Made by a program: the position numbers and the translations under genes | Virus record (IMG/VR): IMGVR_UViG_2636415959_000005 | DNA: 40,716 nucleotides | Reading direction: 5' to 3' (one strand) | DNA from: a virus | Lineage: Duplodnaviria > Heunggongvirae > Uroviricota > Caudoviricetes | The notes under the pieces: generated by a model | Databases searched by the model: none | Told to the model about the DNA's origin: nothing | Seen by the model: only the letters and a program-made list of their open reading frames with translations | In this document: positions 19,567-29,095 of the stretch, piece after piece | Layout: each line of letters begins with the position of its first letter | Numbering within the stretch: position 1 is the first letter of the stretch

Positions 19567-20043
19567 TTATTTCAGGCATTGCGTCCTGATGTATTCCTGA
19601 AGCGTTCTCAGTGCTGTTTGGTCGCGGATAATTCCGTCCCGGACACCGAGAACGTTTCGTCCAGCAACTGGAGAGAGTTCGACGGTGGCATCATTGCCCA
19701 TGCCGGAGGCGCTGGAGGCGCTGGAGGCTTCGGCTGAGGATGGCACAGGGCATTTTCCTTTGACGAGCACCCTGCCACCATTATCAAGCTTGCGCAGAAG
19801 AGCATCATTTTCAGCTTTCGCATCAGCTAATTCCTTCGTGTATTTAGCATCGAGTGCATCAGCATCACGCTGACGCTGCTGCATGTCAGCGATGGTGGCA
19901 GTCGCCTGCTTCAGCTCACTGACTTTTTTATCACGCTGTTCTTTGTAGGCGATGGCGTTATCACGGTAATGATTAACAGCCCATGACAGGCAAACGATGA
20001 TGCAGATAACCAGAGCGGAGATAATCGCGGTTACTTTGCTCAT
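19567..20043 (-). CDS. Rz: Spanin inner-membrane subunit Rz
   Basis: N-terminal about 100 aa match lambda Rz ([31 protein letters not shown]…); C-terminal part diverges. Confidence 0.85.
   Translation of the reverse strand: MSKVTAIISALVICIIVCLSWAVNHYRDNAIAYKEQRDKKVSELKQATATIADMQQRQRDADALDAKYTKELADAKAENDALLRKLDNGGRVLVKGKCPVPSSAEASSASSASGMGNDATVELSPVAGRNVLGVRDGIIRDQTALRTLQEYIRTQCLK
19608..19823 (-). CDS. Rz1: Spanin outer-membrane lipoprotein Rz1 (embedded in Rz, +1 frame)
   Basis: [21 protein letters not shown]… has a lipobox cysteine followed by a proline-rich stretch, as in lambda Rz1. Confidence 0.7.
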   Translation of the reverse strand: MRKLKMMLFCASLIMVAGCSSKENALCHPQPKPPAPPAPPAWAMMPPSNSLQLLDETFSVSGTELSATKQH

Positions 20044-20516
20044 ACCTCAATCTCTCTTGCCGTTCCGCCTGCCTCTTTGAATTTTGCAATCAGGCTGTCA
20101 GCCTTATGCTCGAACTGACCATAACCAGCGCCCGGAAGTGAAGCCCAGATATTGCTGCAACGGTCGATAGCCTGACGAATATCACCGCGATCAATCATCG
20201 GTAAAGCGCCACGCTCTTTAATCTGCTGCAATGCCACTGCGTCCTGGCTTTTGGGAGAGAAGTCTTTCAGGCCAAGTTGCTTGCGGTAGGCATCCCACCA
20301 ACGTGAAAGAAGCTGGTAACGTCCGGCGGCTGTTGATTTGAGCTTTGGGTTTAGCGTGACAAGTTTGCGAGGGTGATCGGAGTAATCAGTGAATAGCTCT
20401 CCTCCTACAATGACGTCATAACCATGATTTCTGGTTTTCTGACGTCCGTTATCTGTTCCCTCTGACCACGCCAGCATATCGAGGAACGCCTTACGTTGAT
20501 TATTGATTTCCACCAT
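20040..20516 (-). CDS. R: Endolysin R (lambda-type lytic transglycosylase)
   Basis: 158 aa; translation matches lambda R as I recall it ([24 protein letters not shown]…). Confidence 0.95.
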   Translation of the reverse strand: MVEINNQRKAFLDMLAWSEGTDNGRQKTRNHGYDVIVGGELFTDYSDHPRKLVTLNPKLKSTAAGRYQLLSRWWDAYRKQLGLKDFSPKSQDAVALQQIKERGALPMIDRGDIRQAIDRCSNIWASLPGAGYGQFEHKADSLIAKFKEAGGTAREIEV

Positions 20517-20823
20517 CTTCTACTCCGGCTTTTTTAGCAGCGAAGCGTTTGATAAGCGAACCAATCGAGTCAGTACCGATGTAGCCGATGAACACGCTCG
20601 TTATATAAGCGAGATTGCTACTTAGTCCGGCGAAGTCGAGAAGGTCACGAATGAACCAGGCGATAATGGCGCACATCGTTGCGTCGATTACTGTTTTTGT
20701 AAACGCACCGCCATTATATCTGCCGCGAAGGTACGCCATTGCAAACGCAAGGATTGCCCCGATGCCTTGTTCCTTTGCCGCGAGAATGGCGGCTAACAGG
20801 TCATGTTTTTCTGGCATCTTCAT
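20500..20823 (-). CDS. S: Holin/antiholin S (lambda S107/S105 dual start)
   Basis: 107 aa; [35 protein letters not shown]… matches lambda S including the Met1-Lys2-Met3 dual-start motif. Confidence 0.95.
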   Translation of the reverse strand: MKMPEKHDLLAAILAAKEQGIGAILAFAMAYLRGRYNGGAFTKTVIDATMCAIIAWFIRDLLDFAGLSSNLAYITSVFIGYIGTDSIGSLIKRFAAKKAGVEDGGNQ

Positions 20824-21221
20824 GTCTTACCCCCAATAAGGGGATTTGCTCTATTTAATTAGGAATAAGGTCGATTACTGATAGAACAAATCCAGGCTAC
20901 TGTGTTTAGTAATCAGATTTGTTCGTGACCGATATGCACGGGCAAAACGGCATGAGGTTGTTAGCGCAGCCTCTTGCCACCCGCTTTCACGAAGGTCATA
21001 TGTAGAAGGCCGCAGCGTAACTATCACTGATGAATTCAGGATAGCCAGTGGCTACGGCTCAGTTTGGGTCGTGCTGTTGCTGGTCGGCGATGACGCCTGT
21101 ACGCATTTGGTGATCCGGTTCTGCTTCCGGTACTCGCTTAATTCAGCACAACGGAAAGAGCACTCAATGCATTTAAGCCAAGCCCCATAAGGGAGAATGC
21201 TCTTACCTGTTGCACAGATAT

Positions 21222-21413
21222 AAAAAATCCCGAAACCGTTATGCAGGCTCTAACTATTACCTGCGAACTGTTTCGGGATTGCATTTTGCAGACCTCTCAG
21301 CCTGCGATGGTTGGAGTTCCAGACGATACGTCGAAGTGACCAACTAGGCGGAATCGGTAGTAAGCGCCGCCTCTTTTCATCTCACTACCACAACGAGCGA
21401 ATTAACCCATCGT
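21222..21413 (-). ncRNA. Lambda-type 6S RNA (short pR' transcript ending at tR')
   Basis: Region between Q and S matches lambda pR'–tR' sequence from memory; tR' hairpin cccgaaac…gtttcggg followed by attttttat at about 21222..21277. Confidence 0.7.
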
Positions 21414-21420
21414 TGGGTCA

Positions 21421-21449
21421 AATTTACCCAATTTTATTCAATAAGTCAA
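21421..21449 (-). promoter_or_regulatory. Late promoter pR' (-35 TTGACT, -10 TAAATT) with overlapping qut site
   Basis: Minus-strand sequence TTGACTTATTGAATAAAATTGGGTAAATT as in lambda pR', immediately downstream of Q. Confidence 0.8.
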
Positions 21450-21491
21450 TATCATGCCGTTAATATGTTGCCATCCGTGGCAATCATGCTG

Positions 21492-22115
21492 CTAACGTGT
21501 GACCGCATTCAAAATGTTGTCTGCGATTGACTCTTCCTTGTGGCATTGCACCACCAGAGCGTCATACAGCGGCTTAACAGTGCGTGACCAGGTGGGTTGA
21601 GTAAGGTTTGGGATTAGCATCGTTACAGCGCGATATGCGGCGCTTGCTGGCATTCTTGAATAGCCGACACCTTTGCATCTTCCGCACTCTTTCTCAACAA
21701 CTCTCCCCCACAGCTCTGTTTTTGATATATCAACCGCACGGCCTGTACCGTGACAATCTCTGCATCTTGCGCCCGGCGTCGCGGCACTACGGCAATAATC
21801 CGCATAAGCGAATGTTGCGAGCACTTGCAGTACCTTTGCCTTAGTATTTCCTTCGAGCTTTGCCACACCACGGTATTTCCCCGATACCTTGTGTGCAAAT
21901 TGCATCAGATAGTTGATAGCCTTTTGTTTGTCGTTCTGGCTGAGTTCATGCTTACCGCAGAATGCAGCCATTCCGAATCCGGCTTGTGATTGCGCCATCC
22001 CCATAGCAGCCATCACATCAGTACCGGAAAGAGAGTCAGACGCCGTGGCCCGTGGTGAGTCACTCATCATCGGGCTTTTTGGCGAATGAAATTTAGCTAC
22101 ACTTTCGAGTCTCAT
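21492..22115 (-). CDS. Q: Late-gene antiterminator Q (lambda-type)
   Basis: 207 aa; translation matches lambda Q as I recall it (MRLESVAKFHSPKSPMMSDSPRATASDSLSG…). Confidence 0.95.
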   Translation of the reverse strand: MRLESVAKFHSPKSPMMSDSPRATASDSLSGTDVMAAMGMAQSQAGFGMAAFCGKHELSQNDKQKAINYLMQFAHKVSGKYRGVAKLEGNTKAKVLQVLATFAYADYCRSAATPGARCRDCHGTGRAVDISKTELWGRVVEKECGRCKGVGYSRMPASAAYRAVTMLIPNLTQPTWSRTVKPLYDALVVQCHKEESIADNILNAVTR

Positions 22116-22300
22116 GGTCTACCCCTCTTGCCCTGTTTGACCATCAGGACGCCGTTAACTATTACGTGACGCTCGCCTTTGCTGTCTCGGTTGTACTTGA
22201 GCACTGTTCCTCTTGCACAGGAAAGCCTCCTCGCCACTTCGGTCTGATTGCCTCGTGTCTGGATAAGAAGCTCTGGTATCGTTTGAATTGTGGCGTTCAT
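22112..22300 (-). CDS. ninH: NinH-like protein
   Basis: 62 aa; …GNQTEVARRLSCARGTVLKY… resembles lambda NinH; stop overlaps the Q start. Confidence 0.75.
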   Translation of the reverse strand: MNATIQTIPELLIQTRGNQTEVARRLSCARGTVLKYNRDSKGERHVIVNGVLMVKQGKRGRP

Positions 22301-22659
22301 GCGTTCTCCAGTTCGGTGATTTTTACTCCAAGCCTTCCGCCTGGTACTTTCACACCACGAATTACGCGAATGTCATCGAATTGCTCGTCGTCTTCCGCAA
22401 ATCCGGCGTGGATAAGGGAGTCGAGTAAACCCTTCAGGATGTTATCGAGGTCGCGGCGGCGGGAGTCTGGAACGTCTGCGATGACTTTGATGCGGAGTCT
22501 TGATTTGGTGAAAATGTCTAACTTGAGTTGGCGGATGATTTGCTGAACGTCTTTTCGGTATTTCTGGCCTTTATCGCTGATGTAGTATTGGCTTCCCCGT
22601 CTTCGCCAGTAGGTGTTCACCGACGGCGGGTAAGGAAGCACAAACTGATATTCGTTCAT
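22297..22659 (-). CDS. rusA: Holliday-junction resolvase RusA
   Basis: 120 aa; MNEYQFVLPYPPSVNTYWRRRG… matches the RusA family (DLP12 rusA-like). Confidence 0.9.
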   Translation of the reverse strand: MNEYQFVLPYPPSVNTYWRRRGSQYYISDKGQKYRKDVQQIIRQLKLDIFTKSRLRIKVIADVPDSRRRDLDNILKGLLDSLIHAGFAEDDEQFDDIRVIRGVKVPGGRLGVKITELENA

Positions 22660-22946
22660 GGCTTAATCTTCCCCTCCTTCAGCAGGATCGCCTGCGTCCT
22701 GATCACGCCTTCGAGGTGATAAAGTCTGGCGTCTTTGTTGTCGAGATTATGGGTGCGTCGGTCGATTTCATCGTGACACGCGCTACAAGCCCATGCGCCG
22801 TTCAGGTCGTCAGGCTTCATTCCCGTTCCGCAAATTCCAGCCATCCGGTAATGTGCCAGAACTGTAGTTTCAGGATTGCCATTGCATACGCCGTAAATAC
22901 GTACCTGGCATTCTCTTCCGCGCGCTTCTTTGCGTAGGTTAGCCAT
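22656..22946 (-). CDS. YbcO-like DUF1364 protein (putative nuclease, Cys-rich)
   Basis: 96 aa, Cys/His-rich; resembles DLP12 YbcO, which sits next to rusA. Confidence 0.7.
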   Translation of the reverse strand: MANLRKEARGRECQVRIYGVCNGNPETTVLAHYRMAGICGTGMKPDDLNGAWACSACHDEIDRRTHNLDNKDARLYHLEGVIRTQAILLKEGKIKP

Positions 22947-23151
22947 TTACCTTCCCTCGCAATTGAAGAATTGACTGAAGGTCTTTTTTAATAAATATGC
23001 GAGTGCGAATTGAGCAGTAGTTTTCCTTCATTCTGGCGTAGTAATAGTCCTTTCGTTGTTTAAGCTTGTTGGCATCCGCTGTCATCCAGTCTTTTACAGC
23101 AAACTTAATTAACCAGCGGTGGCAGAGATACCATTTCAGGTAATCACTCAT
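22939..23151 (-). CDS. Hypothetical nin-region protein (70 aa)
   Basis: ORF in the operon with 8-nt overlap with ninF; no homolog recognised. Confidence 0.45.
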   Translation of the reverse strand: MSDYLKWYLCHRWLIKFAVKDWMTADANKLKQRKDYYYARMKENYCSIRTRIFIKKDLQSILQLRGKVNG

Positions 23152-23320
23152 CGTCTTCTTCCTCGTACATTGAGCTATTCGGATCGCTCATCAGTTCTGC
23201 ACAGCAGTGCTCACACACGTGAACTTCCAGCACATGCAGCTTCTGACCGCAGTTAGCGCACGTTAAAGCTCGCTCGACGCTTTCTTTCTGGTATTGAAGG
23301 GATTGGGATTGGCTAAGCAT
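23144..23320 (-). CDS. ninF: NinF-like protein
   Basis: 58 aa read from the sequence ([44 protein letters not shown]…) matching lambda NinF; below the 60-aa cutoff of the ORF track. Confidence 0.75.
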   Translation of the reverse strand: MLSQSQSLQYQKESVERALTCANCGQKLHVLEVHVCEHCCAELMSDPNSSMYEEEDDE

Positions 23321-23681
23321 TATTAGCGACCTGCATCATTAGAAATACAATCATGGCTGCGCGGAGAGGCGATTCACCGCAGAAGCAGTAGTCAGGAACC
23401 CAACAACCTTCCTCTAAATCACCTCCTGACCATGCGCACCATTCTTTTTCCGCTGTCATCCACATGGTGCTAATTTTGTTTTCAGTGATGATCGGATATG
23501 CGTCAGCGGCCATATTACATGGGTCGAAATATCCGCAAGGCAAAAACTCACCACCATCAATTCCAGCCAAGTAAACTTCTTTCTTTTCTGGATCCCAGTC
23601 GTAATTGTTTTTTCCTAGCACGATATGCGCGACTTTTAAGTTAATTTCAAAATCACTTAACTGTGAATAATCCATAGTCAT
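23313..23681 (-). CDS. NinX-like nin-region protein
   Basis: About 123 aa from MTMDYSQL…; ATGA overlap with the ninE stop; sits between ninE and ninF as P22 ninX does. Confidence 0.5.
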   Translation of the reverse strand: MTMDYSQLSDFEINLKVAHIVLGKNNYDWDPEKKEVYLAGIDGGEFLPCGYFDPCNMAADAYPIITENKISTMWMTAEKEWCAWSGGDLEEGCWVPDYCFCGESPLRAAMIVFLMMQVANNA

Positions 23682-23854
23682 TTCCTCGCACGATGTCTTA
23701 GCCACCGGATATCCCACAGGTGAGCCGTGTAGTTGAAGGTTTTTACGTCAGATTCTTTTGGAATTGGCTTGCGTTTATTTCTGGAGCGTTTCGTTGGAAG
23801 GTATTTGCAGTTTTCGCAGATTATGTCGGTGATACTTCGTCGCTGTCGTCTCAT
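23678..23854 (-). CDS. ninE: NinE-like protein
   Basis: 58 aa ([58 protein letters not shown]) matching lambda NinE; ATGA overlap with ninB. Confidence 0.8.
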   Translation of the reverse strand: MRRQRRSITDIICENCKYLPTKRSRNKRKPIPKESDVKTFNYTAHLWDIRWLRHRARK

Positions 23855-24291
23855 GCCGCCCTGTCTCCCCATCGCGCTTTCCATTCGAGAGCTAGTCGCG
23901 CTTCGTCTGACCACTTAACGCCACGCTCTGTACCGAATGCCTGTATAAGCTCTAATAGCTCCGCAAATTCGCTTACACGCATCCTGCTGGTTGACTGGCC
24001 TATTACCACAAAGCCATTCCCGGCAAGGTTAGGAACAACGTCCTGCTGCTTTAATGCTGCTGTAAAAACGCACTTCCAGCTTTCTGCATCCAGCCAGCGA
24101 CCATGCCATTCAACCTGACGAGAGACGTCACCAAGGCAAGCCCAAAGCTTTCGGTTTTGGTCTAAGCTGCGATTGCGCTCCTGAATGGTTACTACGATTG
24201 GTTTGGTTGGGTCTGGAAGGATTTGCCGTACTGCGTGAATAGCGTTCTGCTGATGTGCTGGAGATCGAATTTCAAAGGTTAGTTTTTTCAT
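23851..24291 (-). CDS. ninB: NinB (Orf-family recombination mediator)
   Basis: 146 aa from [21 protein letters not shown]…; matches lambda NinB. Confidence 0.9.
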   Translation of the reverse strand: MKKLTFEIRSPAHQQNAIHAVRQILPDPTKPIVVTIQERNRSLDQNRKLWACLGDVSRQVEWHGRWLDAESWKCVFTAALKQQDVVPNLAGNGFVVIGQSTSRMRVSEFAELLELIQAFGTERGVKWSDEARLALEWKARWGDRAA

Positions 24292-24310
24292 GACTTCCCT
24301 CTCCCCCAAA

Positions 24311-24342
24311 TAAAAAGGCCTGCGATTACCAGCAGGCCTGTT
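24311..24342 (-). terminator. tR2-like rho-independent terminator between the replication genes and the nin region
   Basis: Minus-strand hairpin caggcctgctggtaatcgcaggcct followed by ttttatttgg. Confidence 0.6.
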
Positions 24343-24364
24343 ATTAGCTCAGTGATGTAGATGG

Positions 24365-25741
24365 TCATACGTCAGCCCCTTGTGCATATCGTCTGCCACG
24401 CGCAGCAGGTGCATTTGATGCTGTGCAAATCTGTCTGGCTTCATCCTGGTCACATGCAACAAAGTGTCCGTTACAGAACCGCTGGTAAACCGTACCAAGC
24501 GAGCCAAAACGGTTTTTCGTCACGATGATTTCAGCAAATGGCGCGGCGCTACTGTTCTCGTCATATACCGCTTCCCGATAGAGCATGATGATTGAGTCTG
24601 CGTCCTGCTCAATGCTTCCTGAATCACGCAAATCTGCGTTTGTCGGGCGTTTGTTTGGTCGCTTCTCAACATCGCGCGAAAGCTGACTCAGGGAGATAAC
24701 CGGTGTTTTCAGGTCTTTCGCCATCGCCTTCAGGCTTCCGGAGATGTGAGCAATTGCGAGGTCGTTGCGGTCTGCTTTCGGCTTCTCAATCAGGCCAAGA
24801 TAATCCGCCATGATGAGTGAGAGGTTTGGATTTTCCTGTTTGTGCCGTTCTGCGATTGAGCGTATTTCTTCGACCGATAACCGCGAGGCATCGACTACCC
24901 ATACATCCAAATCTGCAAGCTGACTCATGCCGTTAGCAACACGTGCCCAGCCCTCGTCATCCATCGATGCAGGATTTCGCAGTACGCTAACCGACATCCT
25001 CCCGGCGTTGGCAATGCTTCGCTCTGCAATCTGCAATGCGCTCATTTCCATTGAGAAAATCAATACCCCGCGCCGGACGTCAGAACCAGGAATAACGCGG
25101 CTTGCAACGCCTTCGGCAATCTTCAGCGCCAGTTCGGTTTTCCCCATACCAGGACGAGCAGCGATTATCACCAGGTCTTCCGCGTTCATCCCTCCGGTGA
25201 TGGCATCAAGTTCTTCGATTCCGGTCTTCAGGGTATCTGACTCTTCTCCGTTTCTCAGACGCCTGTCAAGCGTGTCAGTGTAGTCAGTAATGATTTCCCC
25301 TAACCGTACAGGTTTTACCTCGTCACGGGGCTTTCTGATGGCTGAGAGACGCTTTACAAGCTCATCCATCGCCTGACTCGATGCGTCGATGGTTCCGCTC
25401 TGAATTGGTTCACGCATTTCATCCATGATTTCCAGCACCAGACGGCGGTGATAGTTATCCGCGACCATTCCGGCATATCCCTTCAGGTTTGCGGCACTCG
25501 GGCAGTTTTTGCTGGTCATCAGGATTGACGTGAAATGCTCCTCTCCGCACGCCTCGGCAACCATCAGCGCGTCGATTAGGTTTCTGTTTCGCGCCTGCTT
25601 GCGGATAACCTCGAAGGCTTTCCGGTAGAGCGGAATTGAAAACGCTTCCGGCTCAAGCGTTGCCAGAACGTCACTGGCAGTTGGTGTTAATCCACCAATC
25701 AGCAGGCCACCGATAACGCTCGCTTCGATATCCTGTTTCAT
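24365..25741 (-). CDS. Replicative DNA helicase, DnaB family (P22 gp12-like)
   Basis: 458 aa with Walker A ([16 protein letters not shown]) and DnaB C-terminal motifs; occupies the lambda P position. Confidence 0.9.
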   Translation of the reverse strand: MKQDIEASVIGGLLIGGLTPTASDVLATLEPEAFSIPLYRKAFEVIRKQARNRNLIDALMVAEACGEEHFTSILMTSKNCPSAANLKGYAGMVADNYHRRLVLEIMDEMREPIQSGTIDASSQAMDELVKRLSAIRKPRDEVKPVRLGEIITDYTDTLDRRLRNGEESDTLKTGIEELDAITGGMNAEDLVIIAARPGMGKTELALKIAEGVASRVIPGSDVRRGVLIFSMEMSALQIAERSIANAGRMSVSVLRNPASMDDEGWARVANGMSQLADLDVWVVDASRLSVEEIRSIAERHKQENPNLSLIMADYLGLIEKPKADRNDLAIAHISGSLKAMAKDLKTPVISLSQLSRDVEKRPNKRPTNADLRDSGSIEQDADSIIMLYREAVYDENSSAAPFAEIIVTKNRFGSLGTVYQRFCNGHFVACDQDEARQICTASNAPAARGRRYAQGADV

Positions 25742-26559
25742 GCAATCCCCCTGTCTGCAAACTTTCCTTCCCGTACTCCCGTTAACGAATCTTCCCTCAG
25801 CAGGTAATCAAAATCTGCCGTCCAGCCCGTGTCGTTGTCTCCGAAGTAAAACGGCTTGGCCTGATGCACAAACGCCCTGACATACGCTCTGAAACCGTCC
25901 ACGTTTGGCGTTTTCAGTTGCGGGATGATTTTCTTCAGGCGGCGTTTGCGTTTCTCGTTGACCGCAACAGCGTGTGGCAGTCTGTCACCGACTTCGGTGT
26001 TGTAGGCGTTCAGGAAGGATTCGTAGTCGATTTGTTCTGCCTTGCGACGTTCAGGTTTAACCTGCCCATCGCCGCCCCCGTTAGGGGGTAAGGGGGTATT
26101 TGTATTTATTGTCTTTTGTATATTGTCTTTTGTGTTTAGCTGACTTGGCTTATCCCCATTAGCCGACTTGGCTAATGTTTTATTAGCTGTTTTAGCTAAT
26201 GTTAAGCTGTCCTGGCTAATCCACTGCGAAACCACCTTGTTCACTCCGATTTTCACGCCATCAGCAATGAGGAATTTACGCTCAATAAGCTGGCGCTTGG
26301 CAGCGCAAACATGAGTGTGATGAATACCTGTCATGGCTGCTATCTGCGTGTTTGTGAGTCGATCCATCGGCTTATTGAATCCGTATGTCTTGCGCATGAT
26401 AGCGAGCATCACCTTCAACTGCCGGACGGTTAAATCAGCCATCAGCAGACTGTCGGTAATCTCGTTAGCAACGCGCATGAAACCATCTTCGGTATCTGCC
26501 ACGCGATGCTCCACGACCTCCAGTTGAGGCCTGTAATCAGCTAACTTAACGACGCCCAT
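25738..26559 (-). CDS. Replication initiator, lambda O-like, with internal origin
   Basis: 273 aa; N-terminal region (…[36 protein letters not shown]…) resembles lambda O (…LTKRQFKVLLAILRKTYGWNKPMDRITDSQL…); iterons inside the gene. Confidence 0.85.
   Translation of the reverse strand: MGVVKLADYRPQLEVVEHRVADTEDGFMRVANEITDSLLMADLTVRQLKVMLAIMRKTYGFNKPMDRLTNTQIAAMTGIHHTHVCAAKRQLIERKFLIADGVKIGVNKVVSQWISQDSLTLAKTANKTLAKSANGDKPSQLNTKDNIQKTINTNTPLPPNGGGDGQVKPERRKAEQIDYESFLNAYNTEVGDRLPHAVAVNEKRKRRLKKIIPQLKTPNVDGFRAYVRAFVHQAKPFYFGDNDTGWTADFDYLLREDSLTGVREGKFADRGIA
26098..26225. repeat. Replication origin inside the O-like gene: four approximately 18–20-bp iterons plus AT-rich region
   Basis: Tandem imperfect repeats (tagctgacttggcttatcc / tagccgacttggctaatg / tagctgttttagctaatg / taagctgtcctggctaatcc) adjacent to ttgtcttttgt-ttgtcttttgt. 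Confidence 0.8.
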
Positions 26560-26707
26560 GTTTCACTCCTGCTTTGGCTAGTCTGTAAACACCAACAAGG
26601 CGCTCTGCGAACGCCCTGTTATTTGCTGCGGCTACCACTAATCCCTCAGGTGAATCAGGGTGTCGAATCTCTTCTTTTTCCTGGTATTTCTTACGACGTT
26701 TTGTCAT
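26546..26707 (-). CDS. Possible small basic protein (53 aa) between cII and the O-like gene
   Basis: [53 protein letters not shown]; caggag RBS 6 nt upstream; stop overlaps the O start. Confidence 0.35.
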   Translation of the reverse strand: MTKRRKKYQEKEEIRHPDSPEGLVVAAANNRAFAERLVGVYRLAKAGVKHGRR

Positions 26708-26717
26708 AATTACTCCT

Positions 26718-26794
26718 GTGGATTGATCCAGTAATTCCCTCAGAATTGCATATCAATTTGCTTAAAATCCTCGGTGGCGGCCGGGGATTTTTTC
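26718..26794 (+). ncRNA. oop-like antisense RNA overlapping the 3' end of cII
   Basis: Plus-strand sequence resembles lambda oop; terminator stem tcctcgg…ccgggga plus tttttt at 26768..26794. Confidence 0.5.
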
Positions 26795-27036
26795 TTTGTG
26801 ATTTCATCAAGCGCATACTTAAAAGCCCTGCTAATCGGACTGATGTCTGATGCCATTCCGAAAGCACACAAGACCGAAGCAATAAACCGCCAGTCCGTTC
26901 TGCTTATCTTCGATTCATGACAGCCAATCATCTTTGCCAGACCGCGCTGGGTAAGCGTTGACAGGTTGATGAGTAAATCAGTTTCAGCGCGATCAATTTC
27001 TCGCTGTGTTGGCTTGCTGTAGCTTGCTTGTGCCAT
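26740..27036 (-). CDS. cII: Transcriptional activator CII
   Basis: 98 aa; C-terminus (…KKKSPAATEDFKQIDMQF) resembles lambda CII (…KKRPAATERSEQIQMEF); sits between cro and O. Confidence 0.75.
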   Translation of the reverse strand: MAQASYSKPTQREIDRAETDLLINLSTLTQRGLAKMIGCHESKISRTDWRFIASVLCAFGMASDISPISRAFKYALDEITKKKSPAATEDFKQIDMQF

Positions 27037-27104
27037 TTGTTAATTTTCCTATATTGATATTGAGTTATAGCGGCACACCCAATGGATTTGCCGCTGATGT
27101 TTGC

Positions 27105-27145
27105 TCACCCGGTTAGAGGTGAAAGGCCATGACTGTTAAAGAGCG
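27105..27145 (-). promoter_or_regulatory. nutR (boxA cgctctttaac plus boxB hairpin with CUAACC loop)
   Basis: Minus strand: boxA at 27145..27133, boxB tcacct-ctaacc-gggtga at 27122..27105, immediately downstream of cro. Confidence 0.6.
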
Positions 27146-27153
27146 GGTACTGC

Positions 27154-27372
27154 TTAGGCGGCTTTGTTACTGGATGGAGGGAAAACATCATCCAAAGAAC
27201 ATTGGCACCCTAACTTCCTGAGGCCTTCTACGATCATTCGGCAATCGTTAAGGCCAGGAGTACGGATATTCAGCTCATAGTTGGCGATGCGGGATTGCCC
27301 CCAACCAATTGCTGAAGCTAGTACAGCTTGCGAAACTCCGATTTTTTTTCGCTGCTGGGCAATTTTGTTCAT
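27154..27372 (-). CDS. cro: Cro-like repressor (XRE-family helix-turn-helix)
   Basis: 72 aa from MNKIAQQRKKIGVSQAVLASAIGWGQSRIANYE…; gggag RBS; divergent from cI; unlike lambda Cro. Confidence 0.8.
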   Translation of the reverse strand: MNKIAQQRKKIGVSQAVLASAIGWGQSRIANYELNIRTPGLNDCRMIVEGLRKLGCQCSLDDVFPPSSNKAA

Positions 27373-27374
27373 TG

Positions 27375-27470
27375 CGGTCTCCCTAGCATTAATCACACAC
27401 CCATTACACACAATTTGTGATTAACAGTCAACCTCAATTCGTGTACAGAGTTCAATCACGTTGCGTGTTA
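27375..27470. promoter_or_regulatory. Right operator/promoter region (OR sites, pR and pRM) between cro and cI
   Basis: Repeated half-sites ttaatcaca / tgtgattaa and caatcacg…cgtgtta in the 108-bp divergent intergenic region. Confidence 0.6.
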
Positions 27471-27480
27471 CATTTAAGGG

Positions 27481-28128
27481 ATGAAAACGATGCATGAAAT
27501 TATCGGGGAAAGGATCAAGTCCCTTAGAGAAGCTAAAGGACTTAGCCAGGCTCAATTGGCCAAGCTTTGCGGCTGGGCTGCGCCTTCACGCCTGGGGAAC
27601 TACGAGTTAGGAACAAGAAAGGTTAGCGCGGATGACGCGCTGGTTCTTGGGGCGGCACTCGGCGTATCTCCGGCAAAAATAATGTTTGGCGAGGATTCAG
27701 ACGCCGTATTTCGCCAATATGAATACCCGTTATTTTCTTCAGTGCAGGCCGGGCCATTTTCGGAGGTGGGAAGCTACACAGCCAGCGATGCAAAGGCATG
27801 GGTCCCAACGACCACAAAAGCCAGCGAAAAAGCTTTCTGGCTTGAGGTGAAGGGGCATTCAATGACGGCGCCTCAGGGGGTTCGTCCAAGTTTTCCGGAA
27901 GGCATGCTGATACTCGTTGATCCGGCTGAGCCGGTAGAGTCTGGGGATTTCTGCGTGGCTTCTGCAAATGGTGATTCAGAGGCAACGTTCAAGAAGTATG
28001 AGAAGGATGCAGGGGTTAGTTACCTGGTACCTTTAAACCCGGCATATAGAACCCTGGATTGCGACCATAGCTGCCGCATCATAGGCAAGGTAGTTAAGGC
28101 GCAGTGGCCTGAAGAGACGTTTGGCTGA
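27481..28128 (+). CDS. cI: CI repressor (novel N-terminal HTH domain, lambda-like S24 C-terminal domain)
   Basis: 215 aa; C-terminal part (…[15 protein letters not shown]…[14 protein letters not shown]…QWPEETFG) resembles lambda CI; N-terminal part does not. Alternative start at 27490. Confidence 0.9.
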   Translation: MKTMHEIIGERIKSLREAKGLSQAQLAKLCGWAAPSRLGNYELGTRKVSADDALVLGAALGVSPAKIMFGEDSDAVFRQYEYPLFSSVQAGPFSEVGSYTASDAKAWVPTTTKASEKAFWLEVKGHSMTAPQGVRPSFPEGMLILVDPAEPVESGDFCVASANGDSEATFKKYEKDAGVSYLVPLNPAYRTLDCDHSCRIIGKVVKAQWPEETFG

Positions 28129-28240
28129 TCGGCAAGGTGTTCTGGTCGGCGCATAGCTGATAACAATTGAGCAAGAATCTTCATCGAATTAGGGGAATTT
28201 TCACTCCCCTCAGAACATAACATAGTAAATGGATTGAATT

Positions 28241-29080
28241 ATGAAGAATGGTTTTTATGCGACTTACCGCAGCAAAAATAAAGGGAAAGATAAGTGCTCA
28301 ATAAACCTGTCTGTTTTCCTTAATTCTCTGCTGGCTGATAATCATCACCTGCAGGTTGGCTCCAATTATTTGTATATTCATAAAATCGATGGAAAAACTT
28401 TTCTCTTTACCAAAACAAATGACAAGAGTCTGGTTCAGAAGATAAATCGCTCTAAAGCTTCAGTTGAAGATATTAAGAACAGCCTCGCAGATGACGAATC
28501 ATTGGGATTCCCATCTTTTTTGTTTGTTGAAGGCGACACCATTGGTTTTGCCAGAACTGTTTTCGGGCCGACCACATCCGATCTGACAGATTTTTTAATC
28601 GGGAAAGGAATGTCATTAAGCAGTGGAGAGCGCGTTCAGATAGAGCCACTGATGAGGGGAACCACCAAAGACGATGTTATGCATATGCATTTCATCGGCC
28701 GAACAACGGTGAAGGTAGAAGCCAAGCTACCTGTATTTGGCGATATATTAAAGGTCTTAGGGGCAACAGATATTGAAGGGGAGCTTTTTGACTCATTGGA
28801 TATAGTCATTAAGCCAAAATTTAAAAGGGATATAAAAAAGGTTGCCAAGGATATTATTTCTAACCCGTCACCTCAATTTTCAGACATTAGCCTGCGGGCA
28901 AAAGATGAGGCCGGAGATATTTTAACAGAACATTATCTATCAGAAAAAGGCCATCTCTCAGCGCCTCTGAACAAGGTCACCAATGCTGAGATAGCTGAAG
29001 AGATGGCATATTGCTACGCAAGAATGAAAAGTGATATACTGGAATGTTTTAAAAGGCAGGTGGGCAAAGTTAAGGATTAA
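28241..29080 (+). CDS. rexA: RexA (Rex abortive-infection/exclusion system sensor)
   Basis: 279 aa; translation matches lambda RexA as I recall it (MKNGFYATYRSKNKGKDK…QVGKVKD). Confidence 0.9.
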   Translation: MKNGFYATYRSKNKGKDKCSINLSVFLNSLLADNHHLQVGSNYLYIHKIDGKTFLFTKTNDKSLVQKINRSKASVEDIKNSLADDESLGFPSFLFVEGDTIGFARTVFGPTTSDLTDFLIGKGMSLSSGERVQIEPLMRGTTKDDVMHMHFIGRTTVKVEAKLPVFGDILKVLGATDIEGELFDSLDIVIKPKFKRDIKKVAKDIISNPSPQFSDISLRAKDEAGDILTEHYLSEKGHLSAPLNKVTNAEIAEEMAYCYARMKSDILECFKRQVGKVKD

Positions 29081-29095
29081 TTATCAGGAGTAATT

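Noticed and set aside
26098-26225. Possible CRISPR array suggested by tandem repeats
   Set aside because: Repeats are only 18–20 bp, imperfect, without unique spacers, and lie inside the replication initiator gene; they are origin iterons. No CRISPR array was seen anywhere in the window.
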